DNA from: an uncultured Oscillospiraceae bacterium
GTDB lineage: Bacteria; Bacillota; Clostridia; Oscillospirales; Oscillospiraceae
Length of the DNA stretch: 63,827 bases
Assembly (NCBI GenBank): GCA_964640905.1
Contig: CAZXIW010000001.1
Span: 1-63,827, forward strand
Direction: 5' to 3'
The position numbers and the translations under genes are program-made. The notes under the pieces are model-generated. The model ran no database searches. It was not told the origin of the DNA and saw only the letters and a list, made by a program, of their open reading frames with translations. Of the stretch, positions 55,253 to 63,827 are shown piece by piece. Numbering within the stretch: position 1 is the stretch's first letter; each line of letters opens with the position of its first letter.

Positions 55253-57628
55253 ATGAACGAACAGTACGAAAAATCTCTACACAAGCTGGAGCTGGATAAG
55301 GTTCTGGCGCTTCTGGCCGAGCAGGCATGCTCTGTGGCCGGCAAGGAGCAGTGCGCAAAGATCACCCCGCTCACAGACGCGGACGAAATTCGCATTTTGC
55401 AGAAGCAGACGAGCGCCGCCTGCCGCATGATTACCCTCAAGGGCTCGCCCGGCCTTGCGGGCGTGAGCGATGTGGGCGCAAGCGTCGACCGCGCGGTGCG
55501 CGGCGGCTGCCTCAGCCCGGAAGAGCTTCTGCGCGTAGCAGGCGTCCTCAAATGCGCGCGGCAGGCCAAGGCCTACGCCGATGGCGAGGGCATGGAAAAT
55601 GACCTCAATATCTTCTTCTCCCAGATTACGACGAATAAGTATCTTGAAGAGCGCATCTTCACCTCCATCGTCTCCAAGGACGAAATTGCCGACGCGGCCA
55701 GCAGTGAGCTTGCCGCCATCCGCCGCAAAATAAGACGCCAGAGCGCGGCCATCCGCGAGGGGCTGCAAAAGATCATTACCTCGCCCGCTTACGCGAAAAT
55801 TTTGCAGGAGCCCATCGTGACCATCCGCTCCGACCGCTTTGTTGTGCCGGTGAAGGCCGAGTGCAAGGGCTCTATTCCGGGGCTGGTGCATGATGTGTCT
55901 GCCTCCGGAAGCACATTTTTCATTGAGCCCATGCAGGCCGTCAACGGAAACAACGCCCTGCGGGAGCTTTTTGTCGAGGAGCGCCGGGAAATCGAGCGCA
56001 TCCTGACCGAGCTTTCCGGCGAGGTCGCGGGGCATCGTGAGCATTTCAGCGTCAACTACACGGTGCTCACGCAGCTGGATGTCATCTTTGCCCGCGCAAA
56101 GCTGTCTTTTGTCATGAAGGCCACCGAGCCGGAGATCCGGACGGACGGAAGGCTCGAGCTCAAGCGCGCGCGCCATCCGCTGATCGACGCAAAGCGCGTC
56201 GTTCCGATCTCCGTGCAGCTGGGCATTGATTTTGACACGCTCATCATTACCGGCCCAAATACCGGTGGCAAGACCGTGACGCTTAAAACGCTTGGCCTTC
56301 TGACGCTCATGGCCGAGTGCGGCCTTCATATCCCGGCGGACGACGGAAGCTATGTGTCCGTGTTTGAAAGAGTGCTTGCCGATATTGGCGATGAGCAGTC
56401 GATCGAGCAGTCGCTTTCAACCTTCTCGTCGCACATGAAAAATATTGTTGAGATCTTAAAGCTCTGCGACGGGGAAACGCTCATCCTCTTCGACGAGCTC
56501 TGCGCAGGCACAGACCCGGCTGAGGGCGCGGCGCTGGCCATCTCGCTCATCGAGGTCTGCCGCGCCTGCGGCGCAAGGCTTGCCGCGACCACACACTACG
56601 CCGAGCTCAAGCTCTACGCCATGCGCACACAGGGCGTCATCAACGCCTCGTGCGAGTTTAACGTTGAGACGCTTCAGCCGACCTACCGCCTTCTCATCGG
56701 CATCCCCGGCAAGTCCAACGCCTTTGCGATCTCCAAAAAGCTGGGGCTTGACGAAAAAATTCTGGAGGACGCACGGAGCATGGTCAGCCAGAACGATGTG
56801 AACTTTGAAGACGTTCTCAATCAGCTTGAGCAGCAGCGCCAGCAGATGGAGCAGGCGCGCCTTGAGGCCGAGCAGCTCCGGCTGGAAACGGAAAAGCAGC
56901 GCCAGCAGTCTGAGCAGTATTACCAGCAGATTCAGAAGGAGAAGGAAAAGGCCGCCGCGCAGGCAAGGCGCGAAGCGCAGTCGATCATTGACGACGCGCG
57001 CCGCACGGCAAACGAGGTCTATGAAGAGCTCAAGCAGCTGCGCAGGCAGGCGCAGGGCGGCTCGTTTGTGCCGGGCTCAAATGAAAAGCAGGCCAACCTT
57101 CGCCACGCGCTCAATGCTGCCGAGGAAAAGCTCCAGGGGCAGAAGCAGCAGCCTGCCGCGCGCCCCGCGCCCTCGCGCGAGATTCGCGTGGGCGACACGG
57201 TGGAGCTTTTAAAGCTCGGCACAAAGGCAAACGTTCTGGCCGTAAACAAAGACGGCACCTACCAGCTCCAGGCCGGCATCATGAAGATCACCGCGCGGCC
57301 AGACGAGGTATATCTGCTCGAAAACGAGACGAAGGCCAAGGCCAAAAAAATCATTGAGGGCAAGGTGCGCGACCTCAAGGCCGCGGCGCAGCCGGAGCTT
57401 GACCTTCGCGGCATGGCAGCCGACGAGGCCACGCTGCTTCTCAATAATTTCCTCGACAGCGCCTATATGGGGAATCTTCCGACCGCCCGCATCATCCACG
57501 GCAAGGGCACGGGCGTTCTGCGCGCGGCGGTGCAGGCAGAGCTCCGGCGCTGCAAATATGTAAAATCCTTCCGCCTCGGCGTCTATGGCGAGGGCGAAAG
57601 CGGCGTTACCATTGTGGAGTTCAGGTAG
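55253..57628 (+). CDS. mutS2: MutS2 (RqcU) with C-terminal Smr domain
   Basis: ITGPNTGGKT, IEQSLSTFSSHM, GTDP.EG and LDLRG...IIHGKGTG motifs. Confidence 0.96.
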   Translation: MNEQYEKSLHKLELDKVLALLAEQACSVAGKEQCAKITPLTDADEIRILQKQTSAACRMITLKGSPGLAGVSDVGASVDRAVRGGCLSPEELLRVAGVLKCARQAKAYADGEGMENDLNIFFSQITTNKYLEERIFTSIVSKDEIADAASSELAAIRRKIRRQSAAIREGLQKIITSPAYAKILQEPIVTIRSDRFVVPVKAECKGSIPGLVHDVSASGSTFFIEPMQAVNGNNALRELFVEERREIERILTELSGEVAGHREHFSVNYTVLTQLDVIFARAKLSFVMKATEPEIRTDGRLELKRARHPLIDAKRVVPISVQLGIDFDTLIITGPNTGGKTVTLKTLGLLTLMAECGLHIPADDGSYVSVFERVLADIGDEQSIEQSLSTFSSHMKNIVEILKLCDGETLILFDELCAGTDPAEGAALAISLIEVCRACGARLAATTHYAELKLYAMRTQGVINASCEFNVETLQPTYRLLIGIPGKSNAFAISKKLGLDEKILEDARSMVSQNDVNFEDVLNQLEQQRQQMEQARLEAEQLRLETEKQRQQSEQYYQQIQKEKEKAAAQARREAQSIIDDARRTANEVYEELKQLRRQAQGGSFVPGSNEKQANLRHALNAAEEKLQGQKQQPAARPAPSREIRVGDTVELLKLGTKANVLAVNKDGTYQLQAGIMKITARPDEVYLLENETKAKAKKIIEGKVRDLKAAAQPELDLRGMAADEATLLLNNFLDSAYMGNLPTARIIHGKGTGVLRAAVQAELRRCKYVKSFRLGVYGEGESGVTIVEFR

Positions 57629-57656
57629 AATCTCACGCAAACGCACAAATAAAGGA

Positions 57657-57685
57657 TTGACATTTTTGTGAAGATTCGGTAAAAT
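57657..57685 (+). promoter_or_regulatory. sigmaA promoter of the HPr-like gene
   Basis: TTGACA-17-TAAAAT. Confidence 0.8.
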
Positions 57686-57720
57686 CATAGAACACAGCAT
57701 GATTGTAAGGAGTGTCGTCT

Positions 57721-57981
57721 ATGTACATGCAGCAATCCATCGTCAAATGTGAGTCCGGCCTTTATAACCGTCAGGCTACCTACTTCATCCAGAAGGCCAA
57801 CGAGTTCAAGTCCAGCATCTGGGTCGAGGTCGAAGACCGCAAGATCAATGCCAAGAGCCTGCTTGGCGTGTTGTCCATGGGTATCACGAAAGGGACGCGT
57901 GTGAACATCATCGCCGAAGGTCCCGACGAAGAGGAGGCCGTTAAAGCGCTGACCGAAATGCTCGTGAAGGAAATTTTCTAA
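57721..57981 (+). CDS. HPr-family (Crh-like) protein with Tyr at position 15
   Basis: GLYNRQA in place of GLHARPA; NAKS46LLGVLS retained. Confidence 0.9.
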   Translation: MYMQQSIVKCESGLYNRQATYFIQKANEFKSSIWVEVEDRKINAKSLLGVLSMGITKGTRVNIIAEGPDEEEAVKALTEMLVKEIF

Positions 57982-57994
57982 AAACGGATGGAAC

Positions 57995-58031
57995 GCTGCC
58001 TCAGAAACCGCGGTTTTTGAGGCAGCTTTTT
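57995..58031 (+). terminator. Intrinsic terminator
   Basis: GCTGCCTCAGAAACC-gc-GGTTTTTGAGGCAGC followed by TTTTT. Confidence 0.8.
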
Positions 58032-58037
58032 ACTGCT

Positions 58038-59870
58038 ATGACCTTTGAAGAATTAAAAGACAAGGCGCTCTCGCTGCCGCTTGAGCCGGGCGTGTATCTC
58101 ATGCAGGATAAATCCGGTGAGATCATCTACGTCGGCAAGGCAAAGAAGCTCAAAAACCGCGTGAGCCAGTATTTTCAGAATACCGCCTCCCACACGCCAA
58201 AGACCCGCCGCATGGTCAGCCAGATCGACCATTTTGACGTCATCGTCGCGGCCAGCGAGTTTGAGGCGCTGGTGCTTGAGTGCTCGCTCATCAAGCGCCA
58301 CATGCCAAAATATAATATCCTCCTGAAAGATGACAAGGGCTATCCCTATCTGCGCGTCGACATGCGCGACGAATACCCCGTCATGGAGCTTGTCAGCCGC
58401 GTCATGGGAGACGGCGCAAGCTATTTTGGCCCGTATGGCGGGCGGTACGTGACGCAGCGCGTCATTGACACGATCCGGCTGACGTTGAAGCTACCCGGGT
58501 GCTCGAAAAAATTCCCGCGCGACATTGGAAAAGACCGCCCGTGCCTGAACTATCACATGGATAACTGCGACGCATGGTGTCAGGCCTCCCGCTCGCCGGC
58601 GGAATACCGCGCGCGGATGGAGCAGGCCGTGATGCTCTTGCAGGGGAAATACACGGAGCTTGCCGCGTCGATTCGCGAAAAAATGCTTCTGGCGGCAGAT
58701 GCGCTCGATTTTGAGCAGGCCGCGCTTTTAAGAGACCGCCTGCGCGCCGTGGAGTCTCTGGGGCAGAAGCAGCTCGTCACGGCAGGCTCAATGGCAAACA
58801 CCGACGTCATCGGCTACTATCAGAGCCAGGCGAAGGCGTGCTTTGCCGTCCTCCACTATGTAGACGGAAGCCTTCTTGATAAGGAGTATGAGATTTTGCA
58901 GCCGGCCGATGACGAGCAGGAGGCCATCTCAACGCTTGTCAAGCAGTATTATCTTGCGCGCGGCGCCGCGCCAAAGACCATTCTGCTTCCCGCGCCGATG
59001 GACGACGCGCCGCTTTTTGAGGAGCTTTTATTCCAGAACCTTCAAAAGCGCGTCCACATCCGAACGCCCCAGCGGGGCGATAATGTGCGCCTTGTTGACC
59101 TCGCGCGGAAAAACGCAAGGGAAGAGGCAGAGCGCGTCACAACCAAGGCAGAGCGCGCGGCAGGGACGCTTGGACTTTTGCAGACGATGCTTGGCCTTGA
59201 GCGCCTGCATCGGCTGGAATCCTACGATATTTCAAACATCGCCGGGACAGATATGGTCGCGTCAATGGTCGTGTTTTTAGACGGGCGGCCAAGCAAAAAG
59301 GATTATAAGCGCTTTAAAATTGAAGACCTCCCCGATCAGAACGATTACGCCGCCATGCAGCAGGTGCTGAGGCGGCGGCTGACGCATCTGAAAAACGGCG
59401 ACGCGGGCTTTGAAGAAGCGCCAGACGCGCTTTTGATCGACGGCGGCATCGAGCACGCGAACGCAGTGAGAAGGGTTCTCACGGAGCTTGGCCTCGTCAT
59501 CCCGACCTTTGGCATGGTCAAGGATGGCCGCCACCGCACGCGCGCGCTCGTCACGCCGGACGGGCACGAAATTTCCATCTCGGCCACGCCCGCCGTCTTT
59601 GCCCTCATCGGAACGATTCAGGAGGAGACGCACCGCTTTGCCATCACCTATCACCACACGCTCCGCTCCCGGCGCGTGCGCGGGTCAAAGCTTGAGGAAA
59701 TCCCGGGCGTCGGGCCAAAGCGGCGCGAGGCGCTTTTAAAAGCGTTCAAATCGGTCGCAGCCATCGAGCGCGCAAGTCTTACGGCGCTGGAGGATGCGGT
59801 CGGCCAGGCGGCAGGGAAGGCCGTCTACGATTATTTTCATCAGGAAGGAGCGCAGGACGCATGCGAGTAA
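58038..59870 (+). CDS. uvrC: Excinuclease ABC subunit C
   Basis: PGVYLM, IYVGKAK, YDISN, LIDGG, ETHRFAI and IPGVG HhH motifs. Confidence 0.97.
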   Translation: MTFEELKDKALSLPLEPGVYLMQDKSGEIIYVGKAKKLKNRVSQYFQNTASHTPKTRRMVSQIDHFDVIVAASEFEALVLECSLIKRHMPKYNILLKDDKGYPYLRVDMRDEYPVMELVSRVMGDGASYFGPYGGRYVTQRVIDTIRLTLKLPGCSKKFPRDIGKDRPCLNYHMDNCDAWCQASRSPAEYRARMEQAVMLLQGKYTELAASIREKMLLAADALDFEQAALLRDRLRAVESLGQKQLVTAGSMANTDVIGYYQSQAKACFAVLHYVDGSLLDKEYEILQPADDEQEAISTLVKQYYLARGAAPKTILLPAPMDDAPLFEELLFQNLQKRVHIRTPQRGDNVRLVDLARKNAREEAERVTTKAERAAGTLGLLQTMLGLERLHRLESYDISNIAGTDMVASMVVFLDGRPSKKDYKRFKIEDLPDQNDYAAMQQVLRRRLTHLKNGDAGFEEAPDALLIDGGIEHANAVRRVLTELGLVIPTFGMVKDGRHRTRALVTPDGHEISISATPAVFALIGTIQEETHRFAITYHHTLRSRRVRGSKLEEIPGVGPKRREALLKAFKSVAAIERASLTALEDAVGQAAGKAVYDYFHQEGAQDACE

Positions 59871-60421
59871 TTACAGGCACAGCCCGTGGCATGACGCTCA
59901 AAGCGCCAAAGGGCATGGATACGCGCCCAACGCTCGATCAGGTCAAGGAGGGCATCTTCTCCGCCATTCAGTTTGAGGTAGAGGGGCGGCGGGTACTGGA
60001 CCTTTTCGCGGGCTCAGGGCAGATGGGCATCGAGGCGCTCAGCCGGGGCGCCGCCAGCGCCGTCTTTGTAGACCGGGGGCAGGAGGCCATCGGCATCGTG
60101 CGGGAGAATCTTGAAAAAACGGGGCTTCTGGCGCGCGCGAAAATCGTCCGCGCAGACTATCTTGCCTATCTCGCCGCATGCCGTGAACGGTTCGATCTGA
60201 TCTTTTTAGACCCGCCGTATGCGGAAGTTTTTCTGGAAAGCAGCCTCAAACGCATATCGGAAATTGACATTTTATCAGATGGTGGTATAATAATCACCGA
60301 AAGACCGTTTGGCAAGGAGCTCCCGGCAGAAATTGCGGGTCTGCGCCGCGCCCGGGACTACCGGTACGGAAGAGCCGCCGTAACGATCTATCGCAGATGC
60401 AACCCCACGGAGGCAATATGA
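59861..60421 (+). CDS. rsmD: 16S rRNA m2G966 methyltransferase
   Basis: MRVITG, TRPT, LDLFAGSG and DPPY motifs. Confidence 0.96.
   Translation: MRVITGTARGMTLKAPKGMDTRPTLDQVKEGIFSAIQFEVEGRRVLDLFAGSGQMGIEALSRGAASAVFVDRGQEAIGIVRENLEKTGLLARAKIVRADYLAYLAACRERFDLIFLDPPYAEVFLESSLKRISEIDILSDGGIIITERPFGKELPAEIAGLRRARDYRYGRAAVTIYRRCNPTEAI
60264..60291 (+). promoter_or_regulatory. Internal sigmaA promoter in rsmD, upstream of coaD
   Basis: TTGACA-16-TATAAT with extended TG. Confidence 0.75.
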
Positions 60422-60915
60422 GAAAGGCGATCTACCCCGGAAGCTTCGACCCCGTTACCAACGGGCATCTGAACATCATTGAGCGCGCGGCAAAGAATTT
60501 TGACGAGCTGATTGTGTGCGTGATGATCAACGCCGAAAAGCATCCGGTCTTTACAGCCAGCGAGCGGGTCGAGCTGATTCGCCGCGCGGCCAGGCACGTT
60601 CCAAACATTACGGTCATGGAGTCAAGCAGTCTTCTGGCGGATTTTGCCCGCGAGCAGGATTGCGGCGTGATCATCAAGGGATTGCGGGCGCTTTCTGATT
60701 TTGAGCACGAGTTTCAGATGGCGCTCATCAACCATAAGCTCAACCCCGGTCTGGACACCATGTTTCTGACGACAGAGCACCAGTTTATGTATCTCTCGTC
60801 GAGCATTGTCAAGGAAATGGCGCACTACGGCGCAGATCTGCACGGCTTTGTGCCCGATGCGATCATCGACGACGTAAAGGCCAGAATGGCCGGGCAGAAC
60901 AAAGGAGGATTATAA
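60418..60915 (+). CDS. coaD: Phosphopantetheine adenylyltransferase
   Basis: YPGSFDPVTNGH, GLR..SDFE and SSSIVKE motifs. Confidence 0.97.
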   Translation: MRKAIYPGSFDPVTNGHLNIIERAAKNFDELIVCVMINAEKHPVFTASERVELIRRAARHVPNITVMESSSLLADFAREQDCGVIIKGLRALSDFEHEFQMALINHKLNPGLDTMFLTTEHQFMYLSSSIVKEMAHYGADLHGFVPDAIIDDVKARMAGQNKGGL

Positions 60916-60916
60916 C

Positions 60917-61414
60917 ATGGCGAACGGTATTGAACAGACCATTACAACGCTTTATGAGATGGTTCAGGATGCGTGGAGTCTGCCGCTGGGCGCGGAAAAG
61001 TGCGTCATTGAGCGCGATAAGGTACTCGATCTTCTCGACGAGATCAGCAACCAGCTGCCGGGTGAGCTCAAGCAGGCAAAAACCATCGTTGAATCGCGCA
61101 ACGAGGTCATCACCAATGCCAAGCGCGAGGCAGAAAATATTCTCAAGCAGGCCGAGCAGCGCGCCAAGCAGATGATCTCGCGCGAGGAGGTCGTCAAGCA
61201 GGCCGAGCAGCAGGCCGCCGAGATGATGAAGGCCGCACAGCAGAAGATCAAGGAGCTTCGTCAGGTGACCAACGACTATGTCGACGACGCCATGAAGCGC
61301 ACGGAAGACGCCATTTCGCAGTCTCTGTCTGAGATCCGCGAGTCGCGCTCAAAGTTCCGCACGCTCGTCAATCCGCAGGCGGCAAAGCCGTCTCCGATCA
61401 TCGAGGACGTGTAA
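60917..61414 (+). CDS. Coiled-coil protein of the coaD-downstream family (often annotated ATPase / V-ATPase subunit H-like)
   Basis: A.SLPL...IERDKVL...LPGELKQAK, heptad-rich; AGGAGG RBS. Confidence 0.8.
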   Translation: MANGIEQTITTLYEMVQDAWSLPLGAEKCVIERDKVLDLLDEISNQLPGELKQAKTIVESRNEVITNAKREAENILKQAEQRAKQMISREEVVKQAEQQAAEMMKAAQQKIKELRQVTNDYVDDAMKRTEDAISQSLSEIRESRSKFRTLVNPQAAKPSPIIEDV

Positions 61415-61418
61415 GCGC

Positions 61419-61447
61419 TTGACAAACCGCGTCAAATCCGGTATCAT
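61419..61447 (+). promoter_or_regulatory. sigmaA promoter of the Val T-box leader
   Basis: TTGACA-17-TATCAT. Confidence 0.8.
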
Positions 61448-61476
61448 TGTTCCCGCTTCCAATTTGATAGCAAACA

Positions 61477-61716
61477 GGCTGTGAAAAGGAAAAAGCATGC
61501 GCCGCAGCGCCTCAGAGAGAGAGCGGCAGGTGAGAGCTTTCGCGCGCGCGCATGGATATGTCGCCTTTGAGCCGCAGGGCAGAACCGCGCCACGTCCGGC
61601 GCGCAGTAAGCGCTGCCGGGTTCTCCCGTTACAGAGTCAGAGCGCCCGGATTCGGGAATGCAGGTGGTACCACGGAGATTTCTTCGCCCTGAGCTTTGGC
61701 TCAGGGCGATTTTTTT
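61477..61716 (+). ncRNA. T-box riboswitch, Val (probable GUC specifier)
   Basis: AGAGAG and GGTGAGA stem-I motifs; GTC at 61560-61562; AGGTGGTACCACGG at 61662-61675; terminator TCGCCCTGAGC/GCTCAGGGCGA with T7. Confidence 0.9.
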
Positions 61717-61731
61717 GGCAGGGAGGCGGAA

Positions 61732-62256
61732 ATGAACATCTGCTTTGAAACAGAATATGATTTGCAGACACTTACGGCGATGGCCAAATGCCTTCGCAAG
61801 ACGGTTCGTAAAAAGCGCAGCCGCCGGACGCATGCTTTTGCCGCGCTCGTAAGCGTGCTTGCGCTTTCCGGGCTTGCGGCGCGGCTGCACCAAAAAGAGC
61901 CCTTCGACCTCAAAAGCGCCGTAACGCTGCTTGCCACGGCGGCGATCATGGCCGCAAGCCTCTTTGCAGACTGGCTCAACGCATGGGTCGGAAAGCGCGG
62001 GATGCTTCCCGGAATGGGGAAAACCACCACAACGTTTACGGAAGACCACTACACGCTGAAAACAGATGTAACCGAAAGTCAGTTTTCCTTTTCGCAGATT
62101 CTGGCCATCGCCGAGACGGAGCGTTATTTTGTGTTTGCGCTCTCAGAAAATCAGGCGCAGGCCTATGAAAAAGCAAGCATTTCGGGCGGAACGCTTGCGG
62201 ATTTTCGCGCCTTTATTGCCCGGAAGACCGGCAAAGAAATTAAGAAGATAAAATAA
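61732..62256 (+). CDS. YcxB-family membrane protein
   Basis: Two TM helices and a C-terminal [16 protein letters not shown] motif; GGGAGG RBS. Confidence 0.8.
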   Translation: MNICFETEYDLQTLTAMAKCLRKTVRKKRSRRTHAFAALVSVLALSGLAARLHQKEPFDLKSAVTLLATAAIMAASLFADWLNAWVGKRGMLPGMGKTTTTFTEDHYTLKTDVTESQFSFSQILAIAETERYFVFALSENQAQAYEKASISGGTLADFRAFIARKTGKEIKKIK

Positions 62257-62284
62257 AAAAGTGCAAATAGTTAGGAGAAAACCA

Positions 62285-63827
62285 ATGAAAGAACTGCCCA
62301 AGCAATACGACCCGAAGCAGGTCGAAAGCTCCATCTACGAGATGTGGATGGAAAACGACTGCTTCAAGGCAAGCCCCGACCCCGACAAAAAGCCCTACTC
62401 CATCGTCATGCCGCCCCCCAACGTCACGGGGCAGCTGCACATGGGGCATGCGCTCGACGCAACGCTTCAGGATATTCTCACGCGCTATAAGCGCATGCAG
62501 GGCTACAGCGCCCTCTGGCTGCCCGGCACAGACCACGCGGGCATTGCCACGCAGATCAAGGTCGAAGAAGACCTGCGCGTAAACGAGGGCAAGACAAGAT
62601 ATGACCTTGGAAGAGAAAAGTTCCTGGAGCGCGTCTGGGCCTGGAAGGAAAAGTACGGCAGCCGCATCGTCCAGCAGCAGAAAAAGCTCGGCGTCAGCTG
62701 CGACTGGTCAAGAAGCCGCTTCACGATGGACGACGGCTGCTCAAAGGCCGTGCGCGAAGCGTTCTGCGAGATGTATGAAAAGGGTCTCATCTACAAGGGA
62801 AGCCGCATCATCAACTGGTGCCCGCACTGCCTGACGGCGCTGTCGGACGCCGAGGTCGAGTACACCGACAAGCCCGGAAACCTCTGGTATATCCGCTACC
62901 CGCTGGCAGACGGCTCGGGCGATATCGTTGTCGCAACGACCAGACCCGAGACCATGATGGGCGACAGCGGCGTGGCCGTGAACCCGGAGGATGAAAACTT
63001 CAAGCACCTGATCGGAAAGACCTGCATCCTTCCTATCATGAACCGCGAAATTCCGATTGTGGGCGATGAATACTGCGAGATCGGCTTCGGCACAGGCGCA
63101 GTTAAAATGACCCCGGCGCACGACCCCAACGACTTTGAGGTCGGCCTGCGGCACAATCTGGAGGTCATCCGCGTGCTGAACGACGATGGCACGGTCAACG
63201 AAAACGGCGGCAGGTATCAGGGAATGGATCGCTACGAGTGCCGCAAGGCGATCGTTGCAGACCTTGAGGCCGAGGGCTATCTTGTCAAGACCGAGCCGTA
63301 TTCCCACAATGTCGGCACGTGCTACCGCTGCCACAATGACGTTGAGCCGCTCATTTCCGCGCAGTGGTTCGTCAAGATGAAGCCTCTGGCAGAAGAGGCC
63401 ATCCGCGTCGTAAAGGACGGCACGGTGAAATTCGTGCCCGACCGCTTCTCAAAGACGTATCTCAACTGGATGGAAAATGTCCACGACTGGTGCATTTCCC
63501 GCCAGCTCTGGTGGGGTCATCAGATTCCGGCGTGGTACTGCGCCGACTGCGGCCACATCAACGTCTCGCGCGAAGACCCGACGAAATGCGAAAAGTGCGG
63601 CTGCACGACGCTCACGCGCGACGAAGACGTGCTCGATACCTGGTTCTCCTCCGGCCTCTGGCCGTTCTCGACGATGGGCTGGCCGGATCTTGCGGCAGAA
63701 GACCTCAAGTACTGGTATCCGACGAGCGACATGGTCACGGGCTATGACATCATCTTCTTCTGGGTCGCGAGAATGATCTTCTCCGGCATGGAGCAGATGA
63801 AGAAGGAGCCGTTCAAGACCGTCTTTA
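62285..63827 (+). CDS. valS: Valyl-tRNA synthetase, 3'-truncated by the window
   Basis: Manual translation: [10 protein letters not shown]...[13 protein letters not shown]...DHAGIATQ...[11 protein letters not shown]...DVLDTWFSS...[12 protein letters not shown]. Confidence 0.97.
   Translation, partial: MKELPKQYDPKQVESSIYEMWMENDCFKASPDPDKKPYSIVMPPPNVTGQLHMGHALDATLQDILTRYKRMQGYSALWLPGTDHAGIATQIKVEEDLRVNEGKTRYDLGREKFLERVWAWKEKYGSRIVQQQKKLGVSCDWSRSRFTMDDGCSKAVREAFCEMYEKGLIYKGSRIINWCPHCLTALSDAEVEYTDKPGNLWYIRYPLADGSGDIVVATTRPETMMGDSGVAVNPEDENFKHLIGKTCILPIMNREIPIVGDEYCEIGFGTGAVKMTPAHDPNDFEVGLRHNLEVIRVLNDDGTVNENGGRYQGMDRYECRKAIVADLEAEGYLVKTEPYSHNVGTCYRCHNDVEPLISAQWFVKMKPLAEEAIRVVKDGTVKFVPDRFSKTYLNWMENVHDWCISRQLWWGHQIPAWYCADCGHINVSREDPTKCEKCGCTTLTRDEDVLDTWFSSGLWPFSTMGWPDLAAEDLKYWYPTSDMVTGYDIIFFWVARMIFSGMEQMKKEPFKTVF

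Overview
GC-rich (roughly 60% by eye) chromosomal segment of a spore-forming Clostridia bacterium, with Oscillospiraceae-like gene content. It is mostly core genes: guaA, pheST, gltX, trpS, valS, addAB, ispE, coaX/coaD, alr, phoH-ybeY-era-yqzL-recO-mutS2 and uvrC. Sporulation genes (spoIIR, spoVAD/VAE, ylbJ, yqfCD) and cell-envelope genes (MBOAT+DHHW, tagO-wecB, an SLH-GH24 muramidase) are interspersed. There are two glycine riboswitches and two T-boxes (Phe and Val). I saw no transposase, prophage, CRISPR array, rRNA or tRNA. The most notable items are: (1) a sigmaG-promoter-driven 63-aa Asn/Gln tripeptide-repeat protein behind spoVA; (2) an AraC/GyrI-type regulator with an internal promoter, RBS and in-frame start; (3) a ~160-nt hairpin filling the gltX leader; (4) a stand-alone GMP-synthase ATPPase paralog behind guaA; (5) a tandem duplication of an operator-riboswitch-transporter unit; (6) an FN3-type receptor Ser/Thr kinase; (7) an HPr paralog with Tyr15; (8) an orphan MazF; and (9) several small ORFs missing from the ORF track. 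All calls come from reading motifs by eye; no database searches were run.
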